From Candidatus Poriferihabitaceae bacterium (GTDB taxonomy: Bacteria; Pseudomonadota; Gammaproteobacteria; Arenicellales; Poriferihabitantaceae): 64,000 bases of DNA. Shown here one piece after another: positions 42,923-51,758 of this stretch (position 1 is the first letter of the stretch; each line of letters begins with the position of its first letter). Where the stretch lies: positions 640,491 through 704,490 of the forward strand of contig CBDHDW010000013.1 in assembly GCA_965261915.1 (NCBI GenBank), written 5' to 3'. Below the pieces are notes generated by a model. That model was not told the DNA's origin, searched no databases, and was given only the letters and a program-made list of their open reading frames with translations. The position numbers were made by a program, and so were the translations under genes.

Positions 42923-44244
42923 TGTCCCATGAAATGATCGCTATAGTGATGTTCTCATCTATGATGTTGATGATGTTTACCGGCCAGCGCGTATTTGCTG
43001 CCATTGGGGTTGTAGGAGCTATTGCCGCGATTACCCTATGGGGGGTAGGCGGCTCGGATATCCCGTTTTCGTCAGCCCTGAAGTTGATGAAGTGGTATCC
43101 GCTTTTGACGCTGCCGATGTTTATTTTTATGGGCTACGTGCTGTCGGAAAGTAAAATCGCCGATGACCTTTATAAGATGTTTCATGTCTGGATGGGGCCT
43201 ATTCACGGCGGGCTTGCAATAGGCACCATTGGTCTGATGGTGCTGGTGTCCGCGATGAACGGGTTGTCGGTGGCCGGTATGGCCATCGGGGCCACGATTG
43301 CGCTGCCCGAACTGTTGAAACGCGGCTACGACAAAAAGATGGTCACGGGTGTGATCCAGGCAGGATCATCATTGGGCATCCTTGTGCCACCCTCCGTTGT
43401 GTTGGTGCTTTACGCGATGATCGCACGCCAACCTGTGGGCCAGTTGTGGCTTGCGGGCCTGTTTCCGGGTCTGATGATGGCGGGCATGTTCATTATCTAT
43501 ATTGCGGTACGCTGTAAGATTAACCCGTCGCTTGGGCCGGTTCTGCCGCCTGAGGAACGTAATGTCCCATTGTCTGAAAAACTGCGCCTGTTGCGTGCGG
43601 GTCTTTTGCCTTTGGGCATATTCGCGGCCATGATGGTGCCTTTTGTCAACGGCTGGACATCGCTGGTGGAAAGCTCCGCTATTGGCGCGATGACAGCCTT
43701 TGCCGCAGCTATCCTGAAGGGTCGCATGAACCGTCAAGTGCTGGAAGTATCCGTGCGCCAAACATTGGCTATTTCGTGCATGTTTATGTGGATCATTCTG
43801 GCCGCCCTTGGTTTCGGTGCGGTGTTTGACGGTCTGGGCGCGGTAGACGCGATTGATAACCTGTTCACTGAACGCCTTGGTCTGTCGCCCTGGGCGATCC
43901 TGATCCTGATGCAGCTATCATTTCTGGTGATGGGCACATTTCTGGACGACACCGCCATGCTGGTGATCGTAGCACCGCTATACGTACCACTGGTCGGTGC
44001 GCTGGGATTTGATCTGATCTGGTACGGTGTGTTATACACCATCACCACACAGATCGCCTATATGACGCCGCCGTTTGGTTATAACCTGTTTCTGATGCGT
44101 GCCATGGCCCCGCGTGAAATTTCACTGCGCGATATTTATAGTTCGATCGTGCCGTTTGTGCTGATCATGGTTCTGGGCCTGGCGACCATAATGATCTTTC
44201 CGAAGATTGCGCTTTGGCTGCCGCACGCTGTTTACGGGCTATAA
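42922..44244 (+). CDS. TRAP transporter large permease (DctM-like)
   Basis: 440 aa polytopic protein typical of DctM. Its start overlaps the DctQ stop (TAATG). Confidence 0.92.
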   Translation: MSHEMIAIVMFSSMMLMMFTGQRVFAAIGVVGAIAAITLWGVGGSDIPFSSALKLMKWYPLLTLPMFIFMGYVLSESKIADDLYKMFHVWMGPIHGGLAIGTIGLMVLVSAMNGLSVAGMAIGATIALPELLKRGYDKKMVTGVIQAGSSLGILVPPSVVLVLYAMIARQPVGQLWLAGLFPGLMMAGMFIIYIAVRCKINPSLGPVLPPEERNVPLSEKLRLLRAGLLPLGIFAAMMVPFVNGWTSLVESSAIGAMTAFAAAILKGRMNRQVLEVSVRQTLAISCMFMWIILAALGFGAVFDGLGAVDAIDNLFTERLGLSPWAILILMQLSFLVMGTFLDDTAMLVIVAPLYVPLVGALGFDLIWYGVLYTITTQIAYMTPPFGYNLFLMRAMAPREISLRDIYSSIVPFVLIMVLGLATIMIFPKIALWLPHAVYGL

Positions 44245-44319
44245 AAGAATACTGACAAGAGCATTACCACCGCCCGCGACATGGGCATTTAACTAAACAA
44301 CCAAATTGGGAAACTAAAA

Positions 44320-45354
44320 ATGACTACAAGACGTAAGTTTTTAACCACCGCCGGTGTTGGCGCTGTTGGTGCAAGCTTAGCTGCACCCGCCATCGCTCAA
44401 TCCACGATCAAATGGCGTATGCAAACATATGCAGGGGCATCATTGGCAGAGCATGTCGTCACACCGGCGATCAACATGTTTAACCAAATTGCCGGCGACC
44501 GTATGCAGATTGAACTTTTTTACGGGGATCAGTTGGTGCCAACCGGTGAATTGTTCCGTGCTATGCAAAAAGGTACAATCGACGCAGTGCAATCGGATGA
44601 TGACAGCATGGCATCACCAACCGAAGTCACTGTTTTCGGTGGATATTTCCCATTTGGTTCGCGCTATAGCCTTGATGTGCCCGTATTGTTTAACCAGTAT
44701 GGCCTAAATGAAATCTGGGACGAAGAATATTCCAAAGTTGGTGTTAAACACATCAGTGCAGGCGCTTGGGACCCATGCCACTTCGCCACCAAAGACCCGA
44801 TCCACAGCTTGGCTGATCTAAAAGGCAAACGCGTCTTTACCTTCCCGACAGCGGGTCGTTTCCTTGAACAGTTTGGCGTCGTGCCTGTGACACTTCCTTG
44901 GGAAGACATCGAAGTTGCTATGCAAACCGGCGAGCTGGACGGCATCGCATGGTCAGGCATCACCGAAGACTACACAGTTGGCTGGGCAGATGTGACAAAC
45001 TACTTCCTGACCAACAATATTTCTGGCGCGTGGGCAGGGTCATTCTTTGCCAATATGGATCGCTGGAATGAGCTGCCGGAAGATTTACAAACCTTGTTCC
45101 GGGTTTGCTGTGACCAATCACATTACTACCGTCAGTGGTGGTACTGGGGCGGTGAAGCATCCTTGCGCGTTAACGGGCCGAAGCTGAAACTGACAACGAT
45201 CCCCGATGAGGAATGGAATACAGTAGAATCTGCTGCCGTGAAGTTCTGGGATGAAATTGCAGCCGAAAGCGAAACCAAGGCGAAGGTTGTGAACATCTTC
45301 AAACAATACAACGCCGATATGGTAAAAGCTGGACGTCCATACCGTTACGGCTAA
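44320..45354 (+). CDS. TRAP transporter substrate-binding protein (DctP family) with twin-arginine signal
   Basis: N-terminus MTTRRKFLTTAGVGAVGASLAAPAIAQ is a Tat-type signal. ~345 aa with DctP-like character. Followed by a GC-rich hairpin GGGCGCGG/CCGCGCCC at 45366-45389. Confidence 0.88.
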   Translation: MTTRRKFLTTAGVGAVGASLAAPAIAQSTIKWRMQTYAGASLAEHVVTPAINMFNQIAGDRMQIELFYGDQLVPTGELFRAMQKGTIDAVQSDDDSMASPTEVTVFGGYFPFGSRYSLDVPVLFNQYGLNEIWDEEYSKVGVKHISAGAWDPCHFATKDPIHSLADLKGKRVFTFPTAGRFLEQFGVVPVTLPWEDIEVAMQTGELDGIAWSGITEDYTVGWADVTNYFLTNNISGAWAGSFFANMDRWNELPEDLQTLFRVCCDQSHYYRQWWYWGGEASLRVNGPKLKLTTIPDEEWNTVESAAVKFWDEIAAESETKAKVVNIFKQYNADMVKAGRPYRYG

Positions 45355-45410
45355 ACACTAAAAGTCGGGCGCGGGTGGTTATCCGCGCCCCTCAATACTT
45401 TTAACATCTT

Positions 45411-45875
45411 TTAGGCACGCACCTGTCTGGAAATCTCAATTTTGACACAGTGTACAGTTGCGCCCAAAGGAACGGCAACTTTCTTGCCTTTTAACTCGGC
45501 TACGTTTGACGCGTCAATTTTAAGCTCTGAGTGCACAACACAGTTGTCATTGTCAGAATATGCAACAGCAATATCGACGACTTGTAAATCTTGACCAGCA
45601 GCAGTTGCCACTAAAAATGGTGTAATACCTTGCGAGAAAGAGATGTCGACATCACCAGAAGCCATAGCCGCTGACATGGCAGTCGCTGCATCAAAAGACA
45701 CCCATTTTACTGGAATGCCCAGCTCTTTTGAATATATTTCATTTGCCTGTGCAAATTGGTTTGGCATCGGCCATTCCAGGAAATAGGCAACAGTCAATTC
45801 ATCTAATGCGGGCGCTGCACTTGTCGTTGCGGTAAGTGCCACAGCCATCGCTGTAAGAGTTTTTGTTATGTTCAT
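45411..45875 (-). pseudogene. TauA/SsuA (NMT1)-like ABC substrate-binding protein, 3'-truncated
   Basis: Good RBS (GGGAGA) and signal peptide (MNITKTLTAMAVALTATTSAAPA). Family-like sequence runs up to ..LKGKKVAVPLGATVH, then 12 unrelated codons and a stop. Only ~154 aa are present, roughly half the length I would expect for this family. Confidence 0.6.
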
Positions 45876-46019
45876 TATTATAGTCTCCCTGTGGTGTGCC
45901 GCAGATGTGCGGCATTTCATTATGAATACACATTTAGGAATTAACCCGTGTTCATCGCATGCTTTAATCACGGTGATTCCAGCACAATAACCCTTGCAGA
46001 TGAAAGCTTATCTGCCAAA

Positions 46020-46976
46020 TTAAAACGTTTCACCAAGTTGATGCCGTGCAGCGTATAAAGCCAGCATATCGTACGCGAGGAACGCGCCCAACAATGACGT
46101 TATATCAGCGTGATCATAGGGTGGCGACACTTCAACCAGATCCATACCAACCAGATTCAGCCCCCTTAAATTCCTTAAAATTTGTAACGCCTGAGCAGAG
46201 CTGAGACCACCGCAAACCGGTGTTCCAGTACCAGGCGCGTAGGCTGGGTCGACACAATCGATATCAAACGTGAGGTAGGTTTTTTCGTCTCCAATAATAC
46301 TTTTTATCTGATCGAGTAATGCGTCGACACCATTCTCATGAATCCAGTCGGCGTGAATAACATTAAATCCCATCGCTTCATCGTTGGTGGTTCGAATACC
46401 GACTTGTACCGATTTCTCCGGGCTAACCAGGCCTTCGTTCACGGCATGAAAAAACATCGTACCATGATCAATTCGCCCATCCTCATCATGCCACGTATCG
46501 GTATGTGCATCAAAATGCAGCAAAGACAAAGGCCCGTGTTTTTTTACATGCGCCCTGAGCACCGGGAGTGTCAGAAAGTGGTCACCACCAAGCGAAAGTA
46601 CAGCGGTATCCGAATTCAGAATACCGTCGATATGCGCTTCAATCTCAGCAGGTACTTGCTGGGGTCGACCGTGATCAAACGGGCAATCCCCATAGTCTGC
46701 AATTTTCAGTAACTCGGTCGCATCAAATTCCCATGGCCAATTGCGTTGCCAGGAAACTTCAGTCGAAGCTGCCCGAATTCCACGCGGTCCGAATCTCGTG
46801 CCAGGTCGATTGCTGGTTGCCGTATCAAACGGAATGCCAGTTACCGCCACGTCAATTTCGGTTAAATCCTTGGTATACTTCCTTCGGGCGAAGCTCAATG
46901 CTCCCGAGAAATTCGACTCCGGGGTTATCCCGGTGAAAGATTCTGCGGTAAAAGCCTGATCAATGGGGTTTGACAT
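46020..46976 (-). CDS. agmatinase-family ureohydrolase (agmatinase / guanidinobutyrase / guanidinopropionase type)
   Basis: 318 aa with Mn-binding motifs GGDH, HFDAHTD and DIDCVDPAYAPGTGTP, plus C-terminal E..SPPYD. Confidence 0.9.
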   Translation of the reverse strand: MSNPIDQAFTAESFTGITPESNFSGALSFARRKYTKDLTEIDVAVTGIPFDTATSNRPGTRFGPRGIRAASTEVSWQRNWPWEFDATELLKIADYGDCPFDHGRPQQVPAEIEAHIDGILNSDTAVLSLGGDHFLTLPVLRAHVKKHGPLSLLHFDAHTDTWHDEDGRIDHGTMFFHAVNEGLVSPEKSVQVGIRTTNDEAMGFNVIHADWIHENGVDALLDQIKSIIGDEKTYLTFDIDCVDPAYAPGTGTPVCGGLSSAQALQILRNLRGLNLVGMDLVEVSPPYDHADITSLLGAFLAYDMLALYAARHQLGETF

Positions 46977-47215
46977 AAATTTATTGATTTAAGTTGGTGA
47001 ATTTGAGAGACAGTGGCGGAGTCTAGCAAAATTCGACAAAATGAAAAATGTTACGAGGATTTAACTTATATTCGACGGCAGTTTCAGCTATCATTCATCG
47101 TACAGATATATAGTATCATTATAGTTTCGGACTTAATTTCAGGAACCATAGCGGATTACTCAAATTTCTGCGGCCAGGCTTACTATCCTCACTCGAACTG
47201 CTTGGTCATTGCCTT

Positions 47216-47244
47216 AACCCTCGCATCTTGCGAGGGTTTTTTTT
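47216..47244 (+). terminator. strong rho-independent terminator with no obvious upstream gene
   Basis: CCCTCGCA (47218-47225), TCT, TGCGAGGG (47229-47236), followed by T8 (47237-47244). Confidence 0.65.
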
Positions 47245-47257
47245 ATCCAGTTTTTCT

Positions 47258-48781
47258 GTAACTGCCCAGGTTGTTTTTAAGCGTATTTCAGTGTTGCGAT
47301 AATCTGATCGGCAGGCATCATCAGTGTTTCGATGATGTTCCATCCTTGTTTTCTGGCCGTTGTGATGACGCTGCGCAGGGTCGCAAAATCCTCTGCCCCT
47401 TGTTCAGACCTGAACCCGCCCGATATTTTCTGACGTAGTTTCAGCATCCGCAGGTCGCGTTCAGCTTCGTTGTTTGTGAAGGGTACGTCGGGATCTGTCA
47501 GAAAGCGCAGGGTGCCTTCCTTGTGATCGCGCAATCGTAATGCCAGATTATGTCCTGTCCGTCGCTTCTTGCGCCCCCGTCTTCCGGGTTTTGGCGGCAC
47601 GAGTGGAGGCAATTCCTCATGGAAATCCAATGCTGCGGTGATGATCCTGTCGTATCGCCGATTGATAAGCGCAACAAGCGGCGTTGAAACCGCCACGCCC
47701 TTATCCCGCGCGGCCTGTGTGACATGGTGCGCACGCCGCAGTAGCCTTTGCATCTGACCAGCCCAATCTTCCTGTTCGATTTCGACCAACGCTTGCAGTT
47801 CCCGTAAATGGTGTGCATTGCACAACGCATGGGTAACACCATCCAGCGTGAAGTAGGGCTGCCAATGATCATGCACGATACAGCCCGTGAGATTGGATAA
47901 CAGATTACCGCGTTTGCTGCTGACCCGGTAGAAAGCCAGAAGCGGTGTACAGGCAACGTGAAGCCATTGCAGGCACCCCGTAATCCGGAAACCCGTCTCG
48001 TCAAGATGTTTGACGTGGACCTGTTGGGCGATCACATCCTGCAGGTGAGAAGCAACCCCCTTGAGCCGCTCTGATGCTTTGCGGTTCATGGCGGCCACAG
48101 TGGCAGGAACCAAAGGGGCATTGAACAAATCGGCCATTATTTGCGCCAGTCTGTCTTCCGGCAGGAAATGGGCGCATTGGAGATATGTTGCCACTCCGGC
48201 GATGCGTGGCCCGTACTGCACGGGTGCCTTCACCTCCAGAGGAAACGCCGCCCTGGTTGTTTCCCCACAGTGGCCGCAAAGGCAGACATGTGCCCTGTGT
48301 TCCGTTGTCACCAGAGGCTGTGGCTCGGGCAGGTCAAACACCTGTCGTGCGGCGTAATCCTCTGCCATTGATGGCGACAGCGGTGTGCCACATTGCCCGC
48401 AGACAGAAGGAAAGTGATCTTCAACATGATCGGGGTCTGCCGTTTGGCACAGAGTGCTTCCCTTGTGGCTTTTCTGCCCGCCTGACTTTTTACCGGATTT
48501 TCTCCGCAGACTTTTGGTTCTGGGTTCAGCCTTGGGCTTCTTTAGGCCGTCGCTTGAAGGCGGCTTGCTACTGTTGCTGCTGTTCAAGCTGAGGCGACGC
48601 TCAAGGTCTTCAATGCGAGCCACAAGCAGGGCTATCGTTTGTGCATTCTTCTGCTTCAGCTCTTCATAAGCCTCAACTGGAACATAACCTTTGGGGGCGT
48701 CTGGAAAAATCATAATCTTAATGAATCACATCGGGTTTCCTCAGGCAAGAGAATTATTCCTTAGGGTACCTGGGCAGTTAC
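47258..48781 (-). mobile_element. IS66-family element, single-ORF type, copy 2; complete (1524 bp) with 8-bp target-site duplication
   Basis: Perfect 14-bp terminal inverted repeats GTAACTGCCCAGGT (47258-47271) and ACCTGGGCAGTTAC (48768-48781). Flanking direct repeats GTTTTTCT at 47250-47257 and 48782-48789. Confidence 0.92.
47277..48713 (-). CDS. IS66-family transposase (copy 2)
   Basis: 478 aa, differing from copy 1 at 9 positions (e.g. S4P, N5D, S12P, Q58K). Confidence 0.9.
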   Translation of the reverse strand: MIFPDAPKGYVPVEAYEELKQKNAQTIALLVARIEDLERRLSLNSSNSSKPPSSDGLKKPKAEPRTKSLRRKSGKKSGGQKSHKGSTLCQTADPDHVEDHFPSVCGQCGTPLSPSMAEDYAARQVFDLPEPQPLVTTEHRAHVCLCGHCGETTRAAFPLEVKAPVQYGPRIAGVATYLQCAHFLPEDRLAQIMADLFNAPLVPATVAAMNRKASERLKGVASHLQDVIAQQVHVKHLDETGFRITGCLQWLHVACTPLLAFYRVSSKRGNLLSNLTGCIVHDHWQPYFTLDGVTHALCNAHHLRELQALVEIEQEDWAGQMQRLLRRAHHVTQAARDKGVAVSTPLVALINRRYDRIITAALDFHEELPPLVPPKPGRRGRKKRRTGHNLALRLRDHKEGTLRFLTDPDVPFTNNEAERDLRMLKLRQKISGGFRSEQGAEDFATLRSVITTARKQGWNIIETLMMPADQIIATLKYA

Positions 48782-48813
48782 GTTTTTCTGCGAATTTTGG
48801 ATAACTATCACCA

Positions 48814-50475
48814 CCCAAATCCCCAGATAGAGTAGCATCAGCGCTTCAAGGCTCGGTGAATCCCTCTTTCAAGCCTTGTGGCTGGCCATTACAGCAAATT
48901 ATGGTAGCTAGTGCCGAGAGGTTTACTCAAAAACCGCTGTTCGGTGCATTATCAGTGCTAAATCGGCTATTTTTGACGCACCTGTCCTGCAGAAGCCGTT
49001 ATTCTTGTTCTATGTCGGGTTAAATGGGCGGCGCTTCAAACTCCTTCAGTGCCAGCAGCACTCGTTCCAGTAGTAGTCGGTGGTTTTCCCGCATTTTTAC
49101 CAAGAGTTGACGTCCCGTCCTGACCACTTTTGCCGCGATGGCGTACAGCCGCCAGCGCAGTGTTATCGCACGATGCTGGGACAACTCCCCCGGCAGCAAC
49201 TGACGCATGAGGGCACATAGATTGTAGGAGAGTGCGGAGATTAAAAAGTACAGCACATTGGCAGCAAAATCTGAACACGGCAGGGTGTCGCCACCAAAAT
49301 CTCGTTTCAGTTCCTTGATTCGGTTCTCGCTGTCCTCGCCACGCTGGTTGTACCAGTGGACAATCTCGCTATCGCTAAGGCTATCCCGATTAGTGGCAAT
49401 CGCACGATAAATATAAGCCCCTGAGTTTATTTCCTCTGAACTGTTTTCTGAGTTATCTTCTGAATTATCTGATGAATCTAAATCCAGACTCGCCTGGCCG
49501 GTAACGGCTGTTCTCTGAATGATAAGGGTGAAGGGTTTTTCATACTCACCGATGCAGAAACTGGTGCGGTAGGTATCCTGACCATTGACCGCTTTGCCTT
49601 TTTTATCCAGCAAAGGCTGCCAGTCCGAAGCGCTTGCCGCTGCTATCTGCGCGCGCAGTGCGGCGCTGGTCTTGGCGCGAATGGCATACTCGATACCCTG
49701 CTTATCACAATACTCAATGACTTTTGTTTGGTAGCCGGCAGCATCAATACGCAGCGCCTTCACGGTACAGTCTTCCGGGAGCGACTGCTGGCATTGCTGG
49801 ATAAACGGCTTATTATCTTTCGCTGGCGGCACATTGCCGTGACGGAAATCCACGGCCACGATCTGCCCGGTTTCCGCAATATGCCCCACCATCGGCATAA
49901 AACCCTTGTTCTTGTTGTAAGTCCACCGTGCACCCGCTTTATGGGCCACAATTTCAGTGGCATCAATGTCCAGTGTGACTTCCTTACAGCGATGCAAGGC
50001 TACCTTCAATAAGGCTTTATTCACCTTTACCCAGGCAGCCTGGATTTGCGGCTGGCTTCCCATTCGCCTGAGCCAATCTCCAATCGTGGTCGCCTGGGGA
50101 AGTTTCTTGAGATCCAGCACGGTGCGCAGTGCTTCATCATCCTGAAGGTTGCGAACCTCATCCAGGTGAAAACTGCCTTCATGCTGCATCAGGATGAGGG
50201 GCTTGATGAACTCCGAGGGCTTATACCCACGATTGCTTTTAGGCTGGGGGAAGTGCTTGTCGATTCGCTCAGACAGGTTCAGGGAGTCCATTAGTTGAGC
50301 AATCGCCAATAAACCGGCACGAGAGGTGAGTAAATCGTTCGTTGTATCGAGTTTGTAGGGTAGAATAGTCATCAGCCTTGAGCTGTGCACCCATTGGGTG
50401 ATGGTGGGTTTGAGAGCAAACCATTATACAGCCAAGGCTTCCTGCGTTTAAGAGATTTCTATCTGGGGATTGGGG
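48814..50475 (-). mobile_element. IS1380-family insertion sequence (1662 bp) with 5-bp target-site duplication
   Basis: Imperfect terminal IRs CCCAAATCCCCAGATAGA (48814-48831) and TCTATCTGGGGATTGGGG (50458-50475). Direct repeat CACCA at 48809-48813 and 50476-50480. The size fits my recollection of IS1380-family elements. Confidence 0.75.
49020..50390 (-). CDS. IS1380-family DDE transposase
   Basis: 456 aa. The N-terminus ..LTSRAGLLAIAQLMDSLNL.. and ..TLDIDATEIV.. are typical of IS1380/ISEcp1-type transposases. Confidence 0.85.
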   Translation of the reverse strand: MHSSRLMTILPYKLDTTNDLLTSRAGLLAIAQLMDSLNLSERIDKHFPQPKSNRGYKPSEFIKPLILMQHEGSFHLDEVRNLQDDEALRTVLDLKKLPQATTIGDWLRRMGSQPQIQAAWVKVNKALLKVALHRCKEVTLDIDATEIVAHKAGARWTYNKNKGFMPMVGHIAETGQIVAVDFRHGNVPPAKDNKPFIQQCQQSLPEDCTVKALRIDAAGYQTKVIEYCDKQGIEYAIRAKTSAALRAQIAAASASDWQPLLDKKGKAVNGQDTYRTSFCIGEYEKPFTLIIQRTAVTGQASLDLDSSDNSEDNSENSSEEINSGAYIYRAIATNRDSLSDSEIVHWYNQRGEDSENRIKELKRDFGGDTLPCSDFAANVLYFLISALSYNLCALMRQLLPGELSQHRAITLRWRLYAIAAKVVRTGRQLLVKMRENHRLLLERVLLALKEFEAPPI

Positions 50476-50659
50476 CACCATGAAAGCATTGACAGCGCTA
50501 CATTTGAAGACCACAATACGGCGGTTTTTCAAGCGCTGAATTTCGCTTTTGTCGAAGCTTGATTTAAAATTTTACGTTTTTGTTTATTTATTTTTTTCTC
50601 TTGGCATAAATTGAAAAAAACCATATTTATTGAAATTATTCACTAATTGAAAGCACTGT

Positions 50660-50736
50660 TGGGGTGTAGCCAAGTGGCCTAAGGCACCAGGTTTTGATCC
50701 TGGCATTCGGAGGTTCGAATCCTCCCACCCCAGCCA
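50660..50736 (+). tRNA. tRNA-Gln (anticodon UUG), CCA encoded
   Basis: Cloverleaf by hand: acceptor TGGGGTG/CACCCCA, anticodon stem CCAGG/CCTGG with loop TTTTGAT (UUG), T arm GGAGG-TTCGAAT-CCTCC, discriminator G, CCA. Confidence 0.92.
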
Positions 50737-50782
50737 TACTCTAAAACTGACGAAAAACCGATAAAACCCTCGATAAAACCCT

Positions 50783-51736
50783 ATGGTATCTCCCGAAAAT
50801 CTTGCAATTTTCTCCGGTAATGCAAATCCGGAGCTTGCTGTGGAAGTTGTCCAGACTCTGGGACTACCCATGGGCAAAGCAATGGTCGGAAGGTTTAGCG
50901 ATGGCGAAATAAATGTAGAAGTAATGGAAAATGTCCGCGGAAGAGACGTTTTCATCATTCAGCCCACATGCGCTCCCAGCAACGACAATTTGATGGAGTT
51001 GCTGGTGATGATAGATGCGATCAAACGATCATCAGCAGGCAGAATTACCGCGGTCATCCCTTACTTCGGTTACGCCAGGCAGGATCGAAGACCAAGAACT
51101 GCACGTGTTGCAATATCTGCAAAATTAGTCGCCGAAATGATCAGCATTGCAGGGGCCGACCGAGTCTTGACGATGGACCTCCACGCAGATCAAATTCAGG
51201 GTTTCTTCGATATCCCAACCGACAACATTTACGGCTCTCCGGTAATGATGAGTGAATTATGGAGAAAACAACTCCCCAATCCCATTATTGTTTCCCCGGA
51301 TGTCGGGGGTGTCGTTAGGGCACGGGCCATGGCTAAACAACTGGAAACGGATCTTGCCATTATTGACAAGCGGAGACCCAAGGCTAACGAAGCCAAGGTC
51401 ATGCATATTATCGGTGATGTAAGCGACAGATCATGTATCCTGATTGACGACATGGTCGATACCGCAAATACATTGTGTGAAGCAGCTCGAGCGCTAAAAG
51501 AACACGGCGCCATCAAGGTCTTGGCAAGCTGCACCCACCCGGTTTTATCCGGTCCGGCAATCGGTCGGATCACCGAATCCGAAATTGACGAACTTTTAGT
51601 CACTAACTCAATTCCATTGAGTGAAGCGGCTCGAAACTGCGAAAAAATCAGCCAGCTTAGTGTTGCTGAATTACTTGCAGAATCCATACGAAGAATTGCC
51701 ACAGGTGATTCCATTAGCAACCTGTTTATAGATTAG
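50783..51736 (+). CDS. prs: ribose-phosphate pyrophosphokinase
   Basis: 317 aa with [18 protein letters not shown] and the PRPP-binding loop [12 protein letters not shown]. Confidence 0.95.
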   Translation: MVSPENLAIFSGNANPELAVEVVQTLGLPMGKAMVGRFSDGEINVEVMENVRGRDVFIIQPTCAPSNDNLMELLVMIDAIKRSSAGRITAVIPYFGYARQDRRPRTARVAISAKLVAEMISIAGADRVLTMDLHADQIQGFFDIPTDNIYGSPVMMSELWRKQLPNPIIVSPDVGGVVRARAMAKQLETDLAIIDKRRPKANEAKVMHIIGDVSDRSCILIDDMVDTANTLCEAARALKEHGAIKVLASCTHPVLSGPAIGRITESEIDELLVTNSIPLSEAARNCEKISQLSVAELLAESIRRIATGDSISNLFID

Positions 51737-51758
51737 AGATTTAAGGTAGAGAAGAGAA

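Noticed and set aside
47013-47261. 82-aa ORF upstream of the orphan terminator
   Set aside because: It has low-complexity, Ile/Ser-rich content and no RBS. It runs through the terminator stem into the IS end.
39988-48781. Treating the two IS66 copies plus cargo as an active composite transposon
   Set aside because: Copy 2 has its own 8-bp TSD, so it inserted independently. Copy 1 lacks its outer IR, so the unit has no usable left end.
38471-50659. tRNA-targeted integrative island (integrase plus att repeats)
   Set aside because: There is no tyrosine or serine recombinase gene. The insertion lies 5' of the tRNA rather than at its 3' end, and I could find no partial tRNA-Gln repeat near 38.5 kb.
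50584-50958. 124-aa ORF on the minus strand
   Set aside because: It runs antisense across tRNA-Gln and the prs start and has a low-complexity translation, so it is spurious.
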